This document shows, piece after piece, positions 62,341-64,000 of a stretch of DNA of 64,000 nucleotides (its first letter is position 1; each line of letters opens with the position of its first letter). The notes below the pieces were generated by a model. The model did not search any database. It saw nothing but the letters and a program-made list of their open reading frames with translations, and was not told the origin of the DNA. The DNA comes from Macrostomum hystrix (taxonomy: Eukaryota > Animalia > Platyhelminthes): NCBI GenBank assembly GCA_950097015.1, contig CATNEN010000007.1, positions 5,828,001 through 5,892,000 on the forward strand. Direction: 5' to 3'. A program made the translations under genes and the position numbers.

Positions 62341-62684
62341 GTGAGCGCTTCTGATGATCTTAGAATGACCTTGAGAGATGCTTTACAACGACAGAATTAT
62401 AAAATTTTGAATAAGATCCTCATTCGAAATTCAAATGTTGGTAAGGTTAAAAATGATAAATATTTGTAATTTACAATTAATTTGCGTCTCTTACTACTTC
62501 TAACCATCTGTCTAATCAGAATAACAACAGAACGCTCCGCATTATAGGGGTGGCTACTTTTGGCCGTTTGGTGTTTTCGAAGTGGGGCATTAGAAAAGAA
62601 TTTTTGAACAAAAGAGCCACATGGTTGGCAACAAGCCGCATGCCCGTCTCAAGGAAACTAGTCGATACTATCAATCACATGAGT

Positions 62685-63778
62685 CAAGGGTCGGCAAACT
62701 TCTTGGCTAGCGGGCCAAAAAGAGTACCTAAAAGACGACAGCGGGCCGCATTGACTGTAGAAATATAAGAGAAATATATCAGAGATAGGGGAGAGATGAG
62801 ACACGGCAGAGATGAGACAGAGAAGATATGACGGGGAGATGAGACAAGGGAGAGTTGAGACACGGGAGAGATGAGACAAAGGAGAGATGAGACAAAGGAG
62901 AGATGAAACAATGGAGAGATAAGGTACGGGAGAGACGAGACAATGACGAGATGAGACACGGGAGAGATGGAGACACGGGAGAGATGGAGACATGGGAGAG
63001 ATGGAGACATGGGAGAGATGGAGACATGGGAGAGATGGAGACACGGGAGAGATGAAACAATGGAGAGATGAGACAAAGGAGAGATGAGACAACGGAGAGA
63101 TGAAACAATGGAGAGATAAGGTACGGGAGAGACGAGACAATGATGAGATGAGACACGGGAGAGATGGAGACACGGGAGAGATGGAGACATGGGAGAGATG
63201 GAGACACGGGAGAGATGGAGACACGGGAGAGATGGAGACACGGGAGAGATGGAGACACGGGAGAGATGGAGACATGGGAGAGATGGAGACATGGGAGAGA
63301 TGGAGACACGGGAGAGATGGAGACACGGGAGAGATGGAGACACGGGAGAGATGGAGACACGGGAGAGATGGAGACATGGGAGAGATGAAACAATGGAGAG
63401 ATGAGACAAAGGAGAGATGAGACACGGGAGAGATGGAGACACGGGAGAGATGGAGACACGGGAGAGATGGAGACACGGGAGAGATGGAGACACGGGAGAG
63501 ATGGAGACATGGGAGAGATGGAGACACGGGAGAGATGGAGACACGGGAGAGACAAGACAATGGAGTGATAAGACACGGGAGAGACGAGACAATGGAGTGA
63601 TAAGACACGGGAGAGACGAGACAATGGAGTGATAAGACACGGGAGAGGTGACACACTGGGGAGTTGAGACAGGAGAAAGATGAAACAGTATACTATAGGT
63701 GTCGGAAGAGGCAACGGGCCGGATTCGGGAGCTCTGAGGGACGCATCTGGCCCGCGGGCCGGAGTTTGCCGACCCCTG
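62685..63778. mobile_element. hAT (Charlie-like) non-autonomous element containing a minisatellite
   Basis: TIRs caagggtcggcaaact... / ...agtttgccgacccctg; subterminal ggcccgcgggcc; 8-bp TSD acatgagt (62677-62684) vs acatgggt (63779-63786), 1 mismatch. Confidence 0.85.
62790..63685. repeat. 17-bp polypurine minisatellite gggagagatggagacac inside the hAT element
   Basis: Tandem periodicity bounded by TIRs. Confidence 0.94.
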
Positions 63779-63908
63779 ACATGGGTCAATAATCCCCTTC
63801 CCATTGACTTTTGTTCTTTCCCAAATGACCCCAATGCTTTTATCCCAGTTCCGCTTTTATGAGACTACCATTCGGGAAGAAACTAATCCGCTATTGACTT
63901 CCTGACAG

Positions 63909-64000
63909 CGTGGACGACCTGCTGAACGCCGGGATCCTGTACTCGGACAGCGTGGTGATCGTCAACAAGGAGAGCAGCAACTCAGCCGAGGAGGACAGCC
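63909..64000 (+). CDS. slo-2/KCNT: Slo2 exon 17, truncated by the window end
   Basis: VDDLLNAGILYSDSVVIVNKESSNSAEEDS. Confidence 0.93.

Overview
Eukaryotic (metazoan) genomic DNA with GT-AG introns, GC3-rich exons and about 30 different minisatellite arrays. The style suggests a free-living flatworm such as Macrostomum, but this is an unverified inference. Almost all long ORFs in the supplied track are artefacts of tandem repeats. Manually spliced content: (1) the first three coding exons of a tailless/TLX (NR2E1) nuclear receptor on the minus strand, running off the left edge; (2) one tRNA-Gly(GCC); (3) a REEP1-4-like gene with an intronless CDS (-); (4) a 3-exon ABHD8 (+); (5) a 2-exon Rdx/SelW-fold-like gene with a degenerate redox motif (+); (6) a 2-exon TEX55-like D/D-domain gene (-); (7) 17 in-phase exons of a Slo2/KCNT K+ channel (+), running off the right edge. 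There are also three tRNA-derived SINE copies and two hAT-type MITEs with 8-bp TSDs. Main leads: Slo2 appears to have three alternative phase-matched N-terminal exons and duplicated or alternative exons for the S1-S2 extracellular loop (one His-rich). Many intronic arrays are built from splice-signal look-alikes (GTGAG, CTNAC plus poly-Y, YnCAG), several next to those alternative exons. One array lies inside a MITE. Exon coordinates were checked by phase arithmetic; repeat boundaries are approximate.
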